The notes beneath the pieces were generated by a model, which was not told the DNA's origin, made no database searches, and was given only the letters and a program-made list of their open reading frames with translations. Made by a program: the position numbers and the translations under genes. 64,000 bases of DNA from Daphnia carinata (taxonomy: Eukaryota), in the NCBI RefSeq assembly GCF_022539665.2, contig NC_081331.1:4154001-4218000 (forward strand). Reading direction: 5' to 3'. Shown piece by piece: positions 1-14,858 of this stretch; position 1 is the stretch's first letter, and each line of letters opens with the position of its first letter.

Positions 1-324
1 GAGATACTAGTGAAAAAGAGAAAAGAAATAAAAAAAAAAAAGATTTCTGGAAAATGTTTTGCGGCCTCGACTTTGTGATTCGAGCGAGTATTTATAACAG
101 AAGAAAAGGCCAGGGTCGAGACTATGTCAGAAGAAAAAGAAAAAAAAAAAAGAAACAACAAACACCTATCCATCAAGATGGATCCGGTTCGTTCGTCGTC
201 TTTTTTCATTCGAACTGTTTCGGTTTGCAGGAGCTTTTGGGACGGTCTTTTTTCGGATGGCGCGCTAACATTTTGGTGCTATTTAGCGTGTCTTTACTGG
301 CTTTGACAGTCATGCGTTTCTTAC

Positions 325-586
325 CTGATTTGACCGAAGCGTGAATGTGAGCTCGCGACTCGTAGTAGACCCAGTCGAATCCGGCCTCGACGGCCAGACG
401 GGCCAACATGCCGTACTTGGAGCGGTCGCGATCCGACGTCGTGATGTCCACGCCTCGCCCTTCGTAGTGCAGCGAATTGGCCGCGTGTAGGCCTTCCTCG
501 TCCCAGCCTTCCGTCACGCGCAGCTTGACGCCCGGCCACTGGTTCATCACTGAAATGGCCAGCGTGTTCAGCTTCTCCTTGCAGCG
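325..586 (-). CDS. hh: Hedgehog, coding exon 2 (rest of Hh-N); the Hint/Hog exon lies off the left edge of the window
   Basis: AG acceptor at 587-588, then [32 protein letters not shown]...[54 protein letters not shown] donor at 324. 262-bp exon at the conserved hedgehog intron positions. Confidence 0.98.
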
Positions 587-3500
587 CTACAAAGACACAC
601 CCGAAAACAAAAAATTGATAATTAAATTTCGAGTCTTTATCTTTTTTTTTTTTTCAAACACATAAATATTATTATTATTTTTGTTTAGTTTTTTCGCGGG
701 CAGTTTCACGTTTCCCGTAGGTCATGAACGACCTCGTCTCCCGATGTTGTTTTTCGTCTGTCTCTTTCACTCGCCCTCAAGAGATGTTGAGTGTTATGCA
801 GGTGTTCTTTTTGCTCTTCACGAGGAAGATCGAACCACCTGTGGACTGTGGGCGCCGCTCTCCCACTTGAATGCTTCACGTTTTAGAATCAATTAAGAGC
901 GGCAGCAGCAAGAAGGACGGCAACCAACACAATAAAGGGAACAAACGATTTTAACGGACAGTCAGCCCCCCGCATCATCATCATTTCCCAACACACCGTT
1001 TTAACAATTCAAAGAAGAAAAAGGTTATTATTCTTATCTCTTATCTCATTTTGTTTCTTTTTTTTTATATTTTAAATCTCCACTTTACAATTTAAAGAAA
1101 AAAAAAGGGGGGGGGGGATAAAAATTCGACGTCATCTCATTATGTTTTAATTAATAACAACCAGCGGCCCCTCGCACATATGTAAATACGCTATATATTT
1201 ACATAGGCCTATTCCTACTTTCTCTTTCTCATATATTTATTATCCGGATATGCGTATATATATATATATATGTATATTGATGTTATGACGGGGACGTTTG
1301 ATCTTTGTGTGGACTGTGTGTCACGATGCTATTAGTTAAAAACCACCGGCTAAGATCCTCCATCCAACTATGCCGCCCTTTTTTTCTTTTTCTCCTGAAT
1401 TTCTACCCACCAGTTCGTACAACACGCACACACACGTAGATACACACACACACACATACGGTGACGACCTCCCACCTTCCCATGTTTTGATTTCCCACGG
1501 TGTCTTTAAGTGTTTTTTTTTTCTCTTCCTACACTCGGCTCTCTCTCTCTCTCTTAGTAAAAAAGCCAGTCCGAGGAGGTAGGAGGAGTCACTAGAAGCA
1601 GAAGAACCGCGCGCGTGATTTGTCATCCCTTTTTTTTTTTTATTTGTCTCCCTTCACTTTTTTTTTTTTTTTTTTTTTTTTTTTGAAGAACTGTTAAACG
1701 AGTTTGACTTTAGCCATCCATTTGCTTGAACACACAACACACGGGGGTAGTAAAAGATGCGACCCTGTTTCTCCTTCTTCGACGCCGACATTTGTTCAAC
1801 CGTTTTTAGTCGACTTTATTCTTGTCTAAACACGTAGACGAAAAGAGAATAGAACATCTACACATCAGAGATAAACCGCACCACGAAGCCAACGTTTCGA
1901 GTGGGGGCGATGACAAGTGCCAAAAGCTCCGAGAATATATTTGTGTTCCAAAATGTCGGCAAGCGGCTCTTGAACTAAATATCCGAGTTAAAACACACAA
2001 CGAGACTGATAACGGTAAGCGACGCTCGACGACGACATGATTTTCCCTTGGTTTTTTTTTTTTTTTTTTTTTTTTGTTCCGTCTGTGTGTCGCTTTATTT
2101 TTCTTTACGTGCTGCTTTGCCAATGTGTTTACACAGGACACCCGATACGTTGCGTAGTGGTTAAGGCGTTAGTCTACGTTGACTCGACTCTTGTGTGTGC
2201 GCGCGTCTGTTTGCTCTGAAACCTTTTTTTTTTTTTTTTCTCGTTCGCTTAAGGCACCAGCTGTCAGGACTTTAAGGGCTAATTGCTCTTTTGTGCTGCC
2301 GAGAGAACTCTCACACACGACCAAAGGTTTTTTTTTTTTTTTTTAAGGGCGAGGGAGAAAAAATAGAAAACCTATTCAATTTCCCTCCCAAACACGAGAG
2401 AAATCTAACAACAACAGACACACAAAAAAAAATCTCTTTTGTTAGAGGCTTCTTGGGTCCCCCCCTTGATTTCTTGGGTCCGTAGCGCGAGCGCTTCTCC
2501 TTATTAGCCGGACGCCAGGTGTTTGAGTACCCCTGCGGTACTGTATCATTTTTTTTTTTTTTTTTTTTTTTTTTTCAATGGGTTGAAATGGGAAAGATTC
2601 CCCTTCCTCCCTTGAAAGTCGTTGCTTTTCATCAACAATGAAAATCAATTGGCAACCAAAGCCGAACACTTTGACGTTAGGAAAGGATTTGCTGTGACGT
2701 CCCACAAACGAACGCGTTCGAGTTTTTTCCTTCAGTTTTTTTTCAAGATTCACTCAAGGATAGACGTTGGTTTCTACTTTTTTGGACAACCGTGAAATTC
2801 CAGGAATGTCGTTCGCTTGTCGGGCATCTCATTTTTGCGCTAGCCACCGACATAAAAGACGTTGACACAATCAAACAAGTTGAGGGGAAGGTGAAAAAAA
2901 AAGGAGAGAGTTATAAAGAAAAGGCGTGTGTTCCACAACGGAACCCCCTGGCGCGTGTAGACCAAAAGAAAGAAAAAAAAAAAAAAAAAAGAATTTGTTT
3001 TGAAAAAGAGGGGGTGCCCTTCTCAAGGAACCGCCGCTTGTGTTATGGGGGGTAGGGGGTCCTTTTTTTTGTGTGTGTTGCTTGTGTTGAGGGTGAGAGA
3101 CACCAAAAGGTGAGGGGGGGGGTTCCGGTACCCTTCCTCCATCAGCCATAGATAATTCCGCCCCCACAATTCGTCCTGATTTTTTTTTTCTTTCTAACTC
3201 CTACCCTTCATTCAAAACGAAAGCAATAAGAGAAAACCGCTAAAAATATTATCTGCCAAACGTTTCCGAGGTTTGTCCTTACAACGTTGGATGATGGTAA
3301 CATAATGAATGATCGTTCCATGACTTGACTTTTTTTTTCTTTCAAACATGTGCCGACTCTTTTCAATTGGGAAACGTACTGGATTGCTATGCATGGAACA
3401 AGATAAAAGAAAAAGGATGGCTGTTGGAAAATAAGGGAGGGTGAAGAAGTGGGCAGGTCGCGGTAGAATCTAACCAAATGACAAGGTAGACCGTTCATCG

Positions 3501-4854
3501 TCCGTACCCTATAAAAAATGCGCAAAGAGCCCAATGTTCCATGGCGAACCTGGAGAACCATGTTTTGACAACAGCGTCTATGTCGATGGCTATTTTCTTT
3601 GGCCTTTATTTCCCCCCTTACAAATAAACGAAAGGAAGTCTGGTTTACGGGAGGGGGGGGGGTTCCAGTTTTTTTTTTTATTGGGGAAGAGAGAGGTATG
3701 AAAGAATTTCTAGGGAAATATTCAAAACATATCATTAGCAATGGGCCTGACTTTTCTTTAACATAGCAGCCATTTTTCTTTTGTGTCGGCGGAAGAGAAA
3801 AAGAAAAAGGTGGGTGGGATTGTAAGAATAATCATTAACCCGTTAAGAAAGTTTGCAAACTTTTTCTTTTCAATCTGATGATGATGGAATTAAAAAAAAA
3901 AAAACACACAAACAGGGGTAATTTACATTTTGTATGTGTTCGAAGGATCCCCGTTTAAAACGACAGTGGCACACGGTTGAAACGGAGTGCGGACGACCTC
4001 CGAGTTCATCCGCAACAAGCTAATGGGTGGTGCGGAATGTCAACTATGCGCACACCACACAGGGGCGCCGGCCGTCGTCACCCTGCCGGGCAACCATCCG
4101 CATTTCTTTTTTTTTTTAGCCTTTAATGTGGCCCCACAGGTCGGCATGAGGGTTCATTTGCAACCGAAAAAAAAAAACAACAACCACGAACTCACTTGTG
4201 TGGTGGCTTTTTTTTCTTCTGGTTGTTGTCAACTACTTAAAACAAAAACAAAAAAAAAGGAAATAATCGAAAGAATGTGAGGTTGTGGTGCCATCGGGAC
4301 ATTCTCTTGCTCGAGTCAACAAGTCAACAAGTCAACACGAGCGCAATTAAAACGGCGGCCGTGTGTCGTTGTGTGGCCCACGAAAAATTAGAAGACGTCG
4401 AAGAAATTCCAATCGTTACGAACACGAAAACAAAGTAGTGCTGGAAAAGCTCAAAACGCTAAGGGAAAAAAAATCATTTTTCGTTTGGACAGCGGGGGGC
4501 CAAACAATTCGTGCAACACCAACAAACTTGTTGCTCCGCAACGGAATTTCTCTTTTCTTTTTATTATTATTATTATTATTATCATACATATTCTCTCTCT
4601 GCCGTAACCCCAAAAATTCCAGTCAGTCCACAGACAGCCGGGCTGGGAATGCGATGATTGCGCGACCCGAAAAACGACCCAACCCAAGAAAAAAAAAAAA
4701 AAAAAGAAAAAAAGAAAAGTGTCAAAAGTCAATTGGTGGAACGAGTCGCGGTGCGTAGCGGGACACGTTTCATTTCTTTTTCCGCGCACACGCGCACAAA
4801 ACGAAAATAAAAACACCCAAAAATATCCTTGTTTGTTTTTTTTCTTTCTTTCTT

Positions 4855-4885
<31 letters not shown>

Positions 4886-6399
4886 CGCATCGAACACAAA
4901 GAAAAATGATATCGACCACCAGGCAAAAATCATCGCCACCTGTAAAACAAACGAACGAAATTCTGTGCACAAAAAGGAGGTTGGAAAGAGGTTGATGGCC
5001 GCGACGCCTCCAGAAAGAAACGTCCCCTTCTTCTTTCTTTCTACTGTATATGCAAATCATCATCATTGTCTTTACGAGGAGAAGATACTTTTTCTCCATC
5101 AAACTCTGTGTGTGTTTGCCTCATCTTTTATTTTTCGCTTTGAATTGTCATTTTCATGTCCTCTTTTCTCTTTCGTACCGGTCTGCCCTGGCCGGATGGG
5201 TAGCCGTTGACCCGGGCTGTATACAAGATGGCAACAAACGGGAATGATATGACAAACGTTATAGGGCTTTACGTGAAAAAAAAAATATATACAGTATATA
5301 TAAATAAATAAAGGAGCAAAAAAGAAGGAGAACGAATTGATGGAGAAAGAGAGGAATGAAGGCCGCCTTCGGCAGCTGTTGTTGCGTCTTTTCAACAACA
5401 AAAATTGTGGCGGCGGCCTTCGTTCTCTCAACTGCTGGCCCTTCGACGGGTCCAATCACAGAACAGGCTGCATTATTGCAGAGAGAAGATGGTAAATAGG
5501 CTCCTCCTCCCGTTTGTTGAGCCGACGACAGCCTCTGCCCTGCTGCATGTCACGACAGACGAAAAATGTTTCATCTGTGAACTCAGGGCCAGCTGCCTGT
5601 TGTGCGACAAATGTGTTCTCACACACGCACGCAGACACATTAGGAATTGTCCAAAAAAAATAAAAAAAAAGGAAAAATTCTATCCAGTCATGATCTATTC
5701 ATCGACGCCCGGGCCACTTATTTTTGTTTTCCCAAAACGAACGGACCAAACAAGAAAATCGTAAAAGATTTGAGAAAAACGACCAATGGCAAGAGGGGGG
5801 CTATTTCCGCACTCGAAGACAACAAACAATTGACTCAAAGTTGAAATTCTTTTTCTTATCGTGACAACAACAACAAAAGAAGTCAAAAGCACAATAGGTT
5901 TTTTTTTTAAATTCCCATCCGTAACAGTTGGGTTGGCAGCCAATGAACGATCGAGAAACGGCAATGGAAAGCATCCTCTTTTATCGTTGACAGTAGCCGA
6001 TATTTTCTGATTAGGACTAAACGAATCAAAGTTGGTTGTAATATGCACACACGTACATCGAAAACAATGAAAACGATCTAAAAAAGAAACGAAAATTCGT
6101 AAATTTTTCGTATAGAAATCCAAAGTGAAGCGGTGTGTCGAAATCACGCGCACCTGGACAAACTGAAAAAGCGGCTACTTTTCCGCCATTTTGCAACGGG
6201 AGGGGGTTGTGTATATCCCCCATCAACTGATAGGCCATAGTGGGAGCCGCACGCCAATCGATTTCACCACAACAACAAGATCTGCAACAATCGTTGAAAT
6301 CAAATCTACTTCTCAATGTCACCGCAAACATGAAGCAAAAGCTTTGCAAACGCCTATACGGCGCTTAACGCGGCCTGACCTTTCTACTTATGTCCAGTA

Positions 6400-6431
<32 letters not shown>

Positions 6432-9400
6432 GGTATTGTGTGTCTACGTTCCTCCCGACTTTTTTGATTTGTCGACAACAAGAAGAAAAGAAAAAAAAAA
6501 AAAAAAAAAAACACGACGAGTGGAGCATGCTCAATGAGAAACACGATCCGTCATCGGTTGGCACGTGTGTTTTTTTTTTTTTTGCCTCAAAACTTTGCCG
6601 CTGCCGCCGTATAATATTACCCGATCCGAAAAAAAAAAAAAAGTTTGCGTGCGTGATAGCGTGCCCGTCCTCCCTTACTTTGAAATAGTAGCAAAAACAT
6701 ATCCTGCTCACGCGCCCGTTTGCCAGTTCGATTTTAGGTGCAGGGCTATGAAACTCTCCGTTTTCGGGCTGCAGCTTTTTTAGAAAAAAAAAAAAAAAGC
6801 GAATCAAAATTCGAAAACAAAAGGGAATAAAAAAGAAAAAAAGGTGTACAATCATGCAGACATCCTGGCTGCTGAGGTTTGCAACGAGTACTATCACCTT
6901 CTCCAAATCAAGAAAACGGACATTGTTTCTCTATTTCTTCTTTCTAACTTCTCGGTGATAATCCGCAATGCCCTTTCTTTTTCAGTTGTTTTGACATTGA
7001 AACAACCTTTTCGGCTAAAGCAAAACGCCCAAAATCCGATTGCTTTGTGGTAGGGTGGTATGCAGATCATACAGAGGCAGGCAAATATGAAACGAAAAAC
7101 AATCTTTTCTTTTTTTTCTCCTTCGACTCTTCTTTTCTCAAACATTGTTGTTGGCTCGATGCCAGTCGTCGATATCGAAAGGTGGTGGCCGCTTTTTTTT
7201 TGGAACTCCTTTGGTGTTGGCAATCTATGCCACATTCTTTTTCCCTCCACAGGAAAATAAAAGAAAAAAAAAAAATCTTCCAGTTTGCAAATGTCTAGTG
7301 GCCCGTCTGCTGTCAGACGGCCCAATTTTCTGGGAATCGTGTAAGGAGTCCCTGTCTGTCCGTCCATCGTGATAGGGTGAGGGCCAAGTGTGGCCAGCGT
7401 GTGCCACCCAAACAGATTAGATAAACGCCCAACAGTTCGCAGTAGGTCGACCTACATTACCATACTCTACTATTACTATGTCTACTACTACTACTACTAC
7501 TACTACTACGTTATGCTAATCAAGTCTCGTGCGGAATGGATCTTGAGCCAACATATCATCACGATTTGACCCTTTTTTTTTTTTGTGTTGTTGTTGTTGC
7601 GTTCCACTAAACGGGCGACAAGTGATGACGACAGCCAAATGGACAAGTAATTCCTTGTTGATTTGTTTTTTATTTATTTTTTTCTTCTTCTTCTTTTGGT
7701 ATTTCGATGATTTCTTCTTCTTCTAAACATTGCGTTGATTTTCAATATCTTTTTTTTTTTATATACATATTCTCTCTTTCTATTATTTTCTTTTTGGGAA
7801 GGGAAGGTTTGTAAAAGGACGTGTAGGAATGCGATGGGCAACCCGTTGCTCTGCCTTTTGCATTCTATCATATAGAGATTGTTGCAAGCAATTTCTATCC
7901 TTCTGTCTCTCCGTTTTCTTTTTTTCCTGGTTCCCTTTTGATTTGATTTGAATTTTCTCTCGGAGGTCAAAGACCCATGTCTCACACCACGTACACACGA
8001 CATCAGTTAAATACTGCACGTATCAAACAAAACGCAAGTAAAAGCGAATAAAAAAGGATGTGCTTCGCGAGAACGATGATCGCCAATGTTCTTCGAGCTC
8101 TTGCAGTTGGATAACAACAACTTCGTGGAACAAACCGTGCACGATTTGTGTTATTGAATTTTTTTTTTAATTCTCCTTTTTTTTTGCCATTTCACAGAAT
8201 GAATTTGCCTGTTGAAATGTTTCTTTCGTTTTTTTGATATTTTTACGATGTAATTGGTCCTCGTACTATCCGTTTTGTTGCCCTATAAAATTTTGAAGTT
8301 TGATCGACTCTTGATGAGGGCCTATGATTTCAAGTGGAACTGACCCTGGGCCAGTAACAACAAATGTCAACCCTCTGTTTTCTTCCCTTAGCAAAAAAAA
8401 AAATATTATTTTTAAAAGGGGGGAAGAAGGAATATAAAGACGAGCAGTTCTTTTTGTTTTTTTACAGACCTGCGTATCTAACCAGCAACCCCTCCCTCGT
8501 CTCACTCGTCAAGGGAAACCCAGAAAACACCTGATTCTTGTTCGAGGTCTGTAAAGAAAAAAAAGACCCAGGTCGAATTTCAAGATCCATCCGGCTCTAC
8601 GACGTGTTTATGTTGTTATACCTCATCTAAAGGCACTAGTAGAGTAGTAGCTATAGCCTACATATAAAAATTATACGATGCAAGCGAACGCAGTACAACA
8701 GTACTGGCTTCCGGAATCGATCGGTCAAGGGTTTCGCTAGGTCCCTTTTTTTTTTCATTCTCAAAAAATGCTACAAGTTTTTTTTTTATGTACCTTAGCA
8801 CTCTTGTGCTACTGTTACCAAACTATACACCTTTACGGATTGAGTCGCTCTTCGATGGCATCGTTGCCTTTCGTACTGTACGGAACCGAGTATATTTATG
8901 ACACGAAAAGAAAAGGACCCCATCGTATGATAAGAGGAAGCACGGACACAAGAGTTCGGGTCATTTGTAGGTAGTCGGTATTTTTATAATGTGGAGACGA
9001 CAATATAGCCGAGCTACTGCCATAACGTTTTGTTATGTTTAGAGTTATAGGTGGATACTATGGAATATGAAAGATCGGAAAATACCTTCGTCGAAATGAT
9101 GACGTCAAACCCGTCCCGCATTTTCTTTTTTTTCTTTTTACGAACAAACATTTTTGTTATTTCCTACTCAGGTATTTTCTCTTGCTTTGCCAAATACCGT
9201 GTCAAACTAATGCTGGAAAAGAAAAAAAATAAATTTTCGTGTCGTGATAACACGGAAAGGTTGTATATCTACTGAACCTTTCAGAGTGAAAGGTGCGTTT
9301 TTCTATTCGCTTTGGCCAGGTCTGCCCTTTCCATCCCGTTGTATCTTGTCAACTGTTTGCAACAACTGATGCGCTCTTTCGGGTTCGACATGTCGGCCTA

Positions 9401-12400
9401 AATACCACCTGCGTTCACACAGACACACAGGCACGAATAAGAATCCTTTAAAAGGTCCTGATGGATCGTCCCAGTCTTTGAATTCCTTCCCGTTTTCTGT
9501 TGCTCCCTTTTGCACGTCTTTTGGGCAGACGGAGAGCAAGGGAAGCCCCCTCCCCCCCCCCCCCCTCCTGTTTGTTGTTTGTAAATTTCCGCGGTGATTC
9601 TTTCAATCGTCCGTGTGTGACTTGGTGGACAACGAAAAAAGAATTTTCAAGACAAAAATACACAACGACCATTTTTGGGGACGCGCCCTTCAGTTGTGTA
9701 ATAAGTAGAAGAAGCCTTATGTTTTCGCTCTCGTATTGGCGATCAGCCGTGAACAGATAAATTCGCTGGCAAACGCAGAAGATGTTGTGTGATGAAACGG
9801 GTCGACCGCTACATGTTGGCCTCTCGACTTGGTATCGCGCACGACGACATAAAAAGAACGCTCTCTGCTGGAGGCTGCCCATTAAAAAACAAAAAAGAAC
9901 ACAACAATTCAAGAAAATGAAAGAAAGGAGGAGGAGGAGCTGCTGGATATTGCGCATCTTCTTTTCTTATCCCTTGGTTGCACTGGCGAACTTTGGCCCG
10001 GCCAGACAATATAACACTATAGAAAGATGGTATGGATATACACATAGTACATCATACCGTGTTGCATTACTAAGGGGGGATATAGCCTGTCAAACATTGT
10101 TCCATCCCCTTCCATTCACCGTGACTGAATATAACAACCGTCATAAACAACATGTTGTCCTTGCCACTAACCCCACTCCGAAACGGCCAGCAAACTCTGA
10201 CAACTGCTTTCGAAAAAAATGAGCTGGAGAAAAATAGAATTCGGAAACAGAGAGGAATAAGAAAAAATTCTTTCGCTTTCAAACTGTGCAGCAATTGACA
10301 TTGTCCAAAAAATAAAAAAAGGTAAAATTTCAGTAGCTCCTCACCAAAAATGGCAAAAAACAATTTGATGCGCAACGTTGTTTTCTTGATCAAGTACGCG
10401 TTTTTTATTTGCAGCCAGTGAGGTATCTTGGTGAGCTACCAATCCTACCCTTAAATTTTTCTTTTCTTTTTTTACAAGTGACTGTATTTGAGATTGTACA
10501 GTCGCGGTAGCTAAAAGCAATCAACAAAGACAGGAAGAGATGTGAAAGCTGTTTTTGAAAGAAAAAGTCGGATGGTACAGAAGGTAATGGCGGTATATAG
10601 TGCCTGGCACGTTGGGTGGTGGCTATCTATCTAATGGCCCCACACAAATCTTAATGTATGTCTGTGTGCGAAAGGCGTGTGTTTATATTCTCCCATTTTT
10701 CTTTTCCACAGGAAGGAAATCTTCCGACTTTTTGCACACACACACACACATACAAAAATTATAAGGAAATGCTGTCTACTAGGATAGGAATGCCAGCCGG
10801 ATCTTAGCCATATAAATGCCACCAGTTTTGTGATACGGCTCTGAACCGTGTCATGACCGTGTCGTCGGTGTATGACAATATCCTCTACCGAATATAGAAT
10901 TTGAAAAAAAAAAAAAAAAAAAAAAAAAAAAGAAGTCGTGAAGTCACAGAGAATGTTTGGACGTGTTGCTACGGCTTAAAAGAGAACACACACACACACA
11001 CATACAAACACAGAAGAAGAAGAGAAAAAAGCCGTGGGAATGTGTTGTGTCTTTGCCCGTTTTCTTTCTCCTTTTTGTTTTGGGTTTCCTCAACGGACCT
11101 CAAAGAGCGAGAGACAGAAGTGATGAGGAATAATAAAAAAAAAAAAAAAAACAGGGCGCAGGCAGCAAAATTCTGTGCTGCTGTGAAAAAAAAAAAAAAA
11201 GACAACGAGACGACAGGTAAAAATGGGCCAGCATCACACCCACACACACTGGTGTCCATCTCTGTCCCGCATCTCTCGGCACTGAACTTGTATGTGTGTG
11301 TGTATGTGTGGGAAGAAGTCAGAGCAAAAGTCGAGGATATGGCATGGGAACGTCAAAAAAGAGAGTATAGTAAATCTATAGGTATAACCCCACCCTGTAG
11401 GTATATATGTATATATACCGGGTATATACATTTTAAGTGTCTAAATAGGACCTTCCTTTTTTTTTTTCTTTCCTGTTTACTACGAGATTGGGACGTGACA
11501 GCTCAACCTATAATTCCGGTCAACTCTTTCCACTTCGACACTGTGTCTGGCAATAAACAAAATCCACGACTTTCTCAATCAACTCGAGTCGTACCGTGTA
11601 TAATAGGTTGTATCAGAAATGTCGATCATGTTCCTTGAGTTTCCATTTTTTTTTTTTTTTCAGGTAACATTTATTGGGAGGCTTGCCATTGACTCACTTC
11701 CCTGCGATTCTAAAGGATTTCGCTCGTTTCTCTTAGTCACCGTCGGAAATAGTTTTGACTAGCGCACGCTCGTAATCCAAGCGCTAGTGTTATAATATGT
11801 GAGAGAGTCACCGAAAAGACGGTGTGGTGTAACGTTTCGTCTTTGTGTAATGTACGTTGTTGTTATACGAGGACACGTCACACGCCCCAAAAATCCCAGC
11901 AAGAAGAAGGAATTCTTTCTTTTTTTTTTTTTTTAATATATCAAAAAGAAAGAAAAATTGTTGTTTAAAAATATAAAAAAAAAAAAAAAAAAAGAATGTC
12001 GCATCTAGAAGGGAAAGAAAAAATGGTGAGCTTCTTTTACATTTCCGACTTTGCGGTGCCATGGCGCGCTATATGTGTTTGCGTGAAACCGAATCTCTTT
12101 ATCGGTCCAGGAAAAAAAAAAAAAAGGGCCACTAGCCGAAAAAAAAAAAAAATGTTTTTCGAAAGAAGGATCGGAATAAAACGCGCAACCCACCCGCAAG
12201 TTTTTCTCTTCGGTCGCTTCCAAACTATTCTATTCCACAAGGTTTCGAATTTCAAGCGAGGACATGGAGAACGACGATGAATACGTACATGTACATGTCT
12301 CTTAAATAATGTCGAGAATACAAAAAATAAAAAAAAAAAAGAAGGAATAAAGAAATCGTTGCATTCTTTTCATAACTTGGCGACGTCGTCGTGTTATTTT

Positions 12401-14363
12401 GTTTCTCTACCTTTTTGTTTTTTTTTGTTTTTTTTTAATAGAAAATTATCGAATGATTTGAAGGCAAAAAAGAAATGCCCAAAGTGTTTGTCAGCTATTT
12501 CTTGAATTCGATGAAGACGCGATAATTGATTTGTTTTGAATTGCGCGGGGTTTTTTTTCGAATGGCTATCCTTATTACTTTTATTTCTCCATCTTGTCTG
12601 GGCCTTATTCTTTTTCTTTATTTGCTTTGTTATTTGGGGGGAGGGTGAATCCTTTTTTTTTTTTTTTTTTTTTTTTTAGCTGAGAGGTCCATTTGACACC
12701 TGGGTGACAGTCACGCCGACCTGTTACTGTCAATAGCCAATAGCCCCCCAAGCAGTTCGCTTTTGTTTTCTTGTGCTGCACATATCATGGGCTAAAGAGG
12801 GAAATTCCATCAAGAGCCTTTTTAAGAGGTCCTCCTCTTTTTTCTTTTTCCATTTGTATTTTGTATTCTCCTCGACAATGACAGGAGAATCAAAAGCTTT
12901 TCAGCGAGGTATTTTCAAAAGTCGCACGCACTTCCCAAAAGAAGAAATTTATGAAAATAAAAAAAAAAAATGGAGAAGATGAAGACCGCCTCATCGTCGG
13001 GCCATCCCGCCCTGATGTTTCAAGTCCAACTGGCGTGTCTTGGACGCAAAGTTCCCAAGACGTTGGGCTATATAGTGCCTCCCTTTTTTATTATTCATTT
13101 GGGTATGATTGTTCGCAGATAGGTTGTATTACTGCTACGACTACTCTATTTATTAAAGGGCAATTAAACATTTACTTTCTTGTGTTTGGAAAAAAAAAAA
13201 AAAAAAAAAAAAAAGGCCAAATGCAAAAGGTGGGCAGAGTTCGAGGGTGGGCCGTTAGATTCAGATACATGTAGGAATCGTGAATGATCTTTGAGGAGGA
13301 AAACCAATTGTCACTTGTCTATTTTAAAGCGTGGACCCAACAAACCATGGGAAGCCATTTTCTTTTTACCTATCCACCTTTGACAATAAGTCAACAAAAA
13401 AGTCCAGACTGGTGCTAAACTCTCTCCACGGGGGCGATTTTTTTCTATTTTGAAATTGTCAGGTACAGTGTACGGACATGTCTACGCACGGCTATTTGGG
13501 GGTACATTTTACAGGATGATGGAGCTCAAAGAGAGAGACTTTTAATTAGGACGAATCGACCGGTGGGAAGCTTCATTTTTTTTACCTCGCATGTCACTCT
13601 TCATCGCACAATATTTGGATGTTTGTGCCACTGTGTAATTGGATTTCAAAGCCGTGTGAAAATCGACTTTGCCACACATTTCTATCCTTGTTTTTTTTGT
13701 TTTTTTCGCACAGTATCGCGCAAATTCACTGGAGAGATAAAGTATTTCAAACAAATCCAATTGCTGTAACGTTAAATTAAAGACCATACGACCTAATAAG
13801 TCAAAGAAACCTCTTTTATTTTACCTTCTTCACTCCCCCCCCCCCCCTTTTTTTTTCTCTATTACTCGAAGAAAAAAAAAAAGGAAACATTTCTGGTGTG
13901 CGGTAAAGTAAAACCCATAAGAAGCTTAAATTTGGAGCCATCGGATACCGCCATAACAGTTCCGGCCGCTGGTTTCTCCCCCCCCCCCATACTATAAGCC
14001 TATAGTGGCCATACTACAGATATCGTCATAAAACAAATGAATAAAAAAAAAAAACAAAGCAAAAGGGGGATAAGTAGCTAACTATATAATCGCGTGTGTG
14101 TACGTGTGTGTTATGTTTTGTATCGTGCGTTTCTTATATAGCTCTTCGTCGTCTCAATTTACAGTGGGTGCGGTAACTACGTATGCCTATTGTAACGATA
14201 CAAAAGATATGCGTGTAAACAGCGACCAGAAACTGTTTACGCGTACAAAAGGATTAAAACAGGCCTATATCAGGTAGAACGATTATCGGCCTATGCCATG
14301 TCCTGTTATCGTTGAAAACCCGCGGGAAAATTCAAACACAAACGAAAGGATGTTAAGACGTAC
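587..14363 (-). other. hedgehog intron 1 (13,777 bp), rich in poly(A)/poly(T) tracts and microsatellites; probable enhancer-containing DNA
   Basis: Bounded by GT/AG joining hh exons 1 and 2 in frame; ORFs inside are low-complexity (poly-K/poly-F) artefacts of homopolymers. Confidence 0.9.
7470..7510. repeat. (TAC)n microsatellite
   Basis: Run of tactactac... directly visible. Confidence 0.85.
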
Positions 14364-14858
14364 CTGGGTCATAAGACGGTCGGCGCCAGTGCCTTCCTCG
14401 TCTTTGAAAACAATGTCCGTGTTGTAGTTTGGCACGAGCTGCTGGAATCGCGGATCGTCGCGCGTGATTTTGCCCTCGGTCAGTCCGCTGGCGCCTAACG
14501 TGTTCTCCGACACGTTGGGCACGTGCTGCTTGAAGACGAGCGGCGTCAACTTGCGCGGCGACCGCCGACGGTTGGCACCCCGGCCGGGACCGCAGGCCAT
14601 CGCCGGTGTCGGCAGCAAAGCGCTCGACACGACCAACAAAACGAGCAGCCAATAGCAATAACCAGCCGATGAGCGGTGATCGTGAGGGCGGCGAACGTGT
14701 CGCCGTGACGAAGATAACGAGCATTTGATTTGCTTGACACCACAGTCGTTGCAGACGCCGACGCTTATCCGCCGCCGAGTCCGAACGCTTCCAGCCTCTT
14801 GTGAGCACATCGTAGGCCTTGCACTATTACAGCTGGACCAACACTCGAACGACGCCAT
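14364..14858 (-). CDS. hh: Hedgehog, coding exon 1 (N-terminal extension, signal sequence, start of Hh-N signalling domain)
   Basis: Translation contains hydrophobic [13 protein letters not shown] then CGPGRG...[24 protein letters not shown]...[15 protein letters not shown] donor immediately after MTQ (phase 0). Confidence 0.97.
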
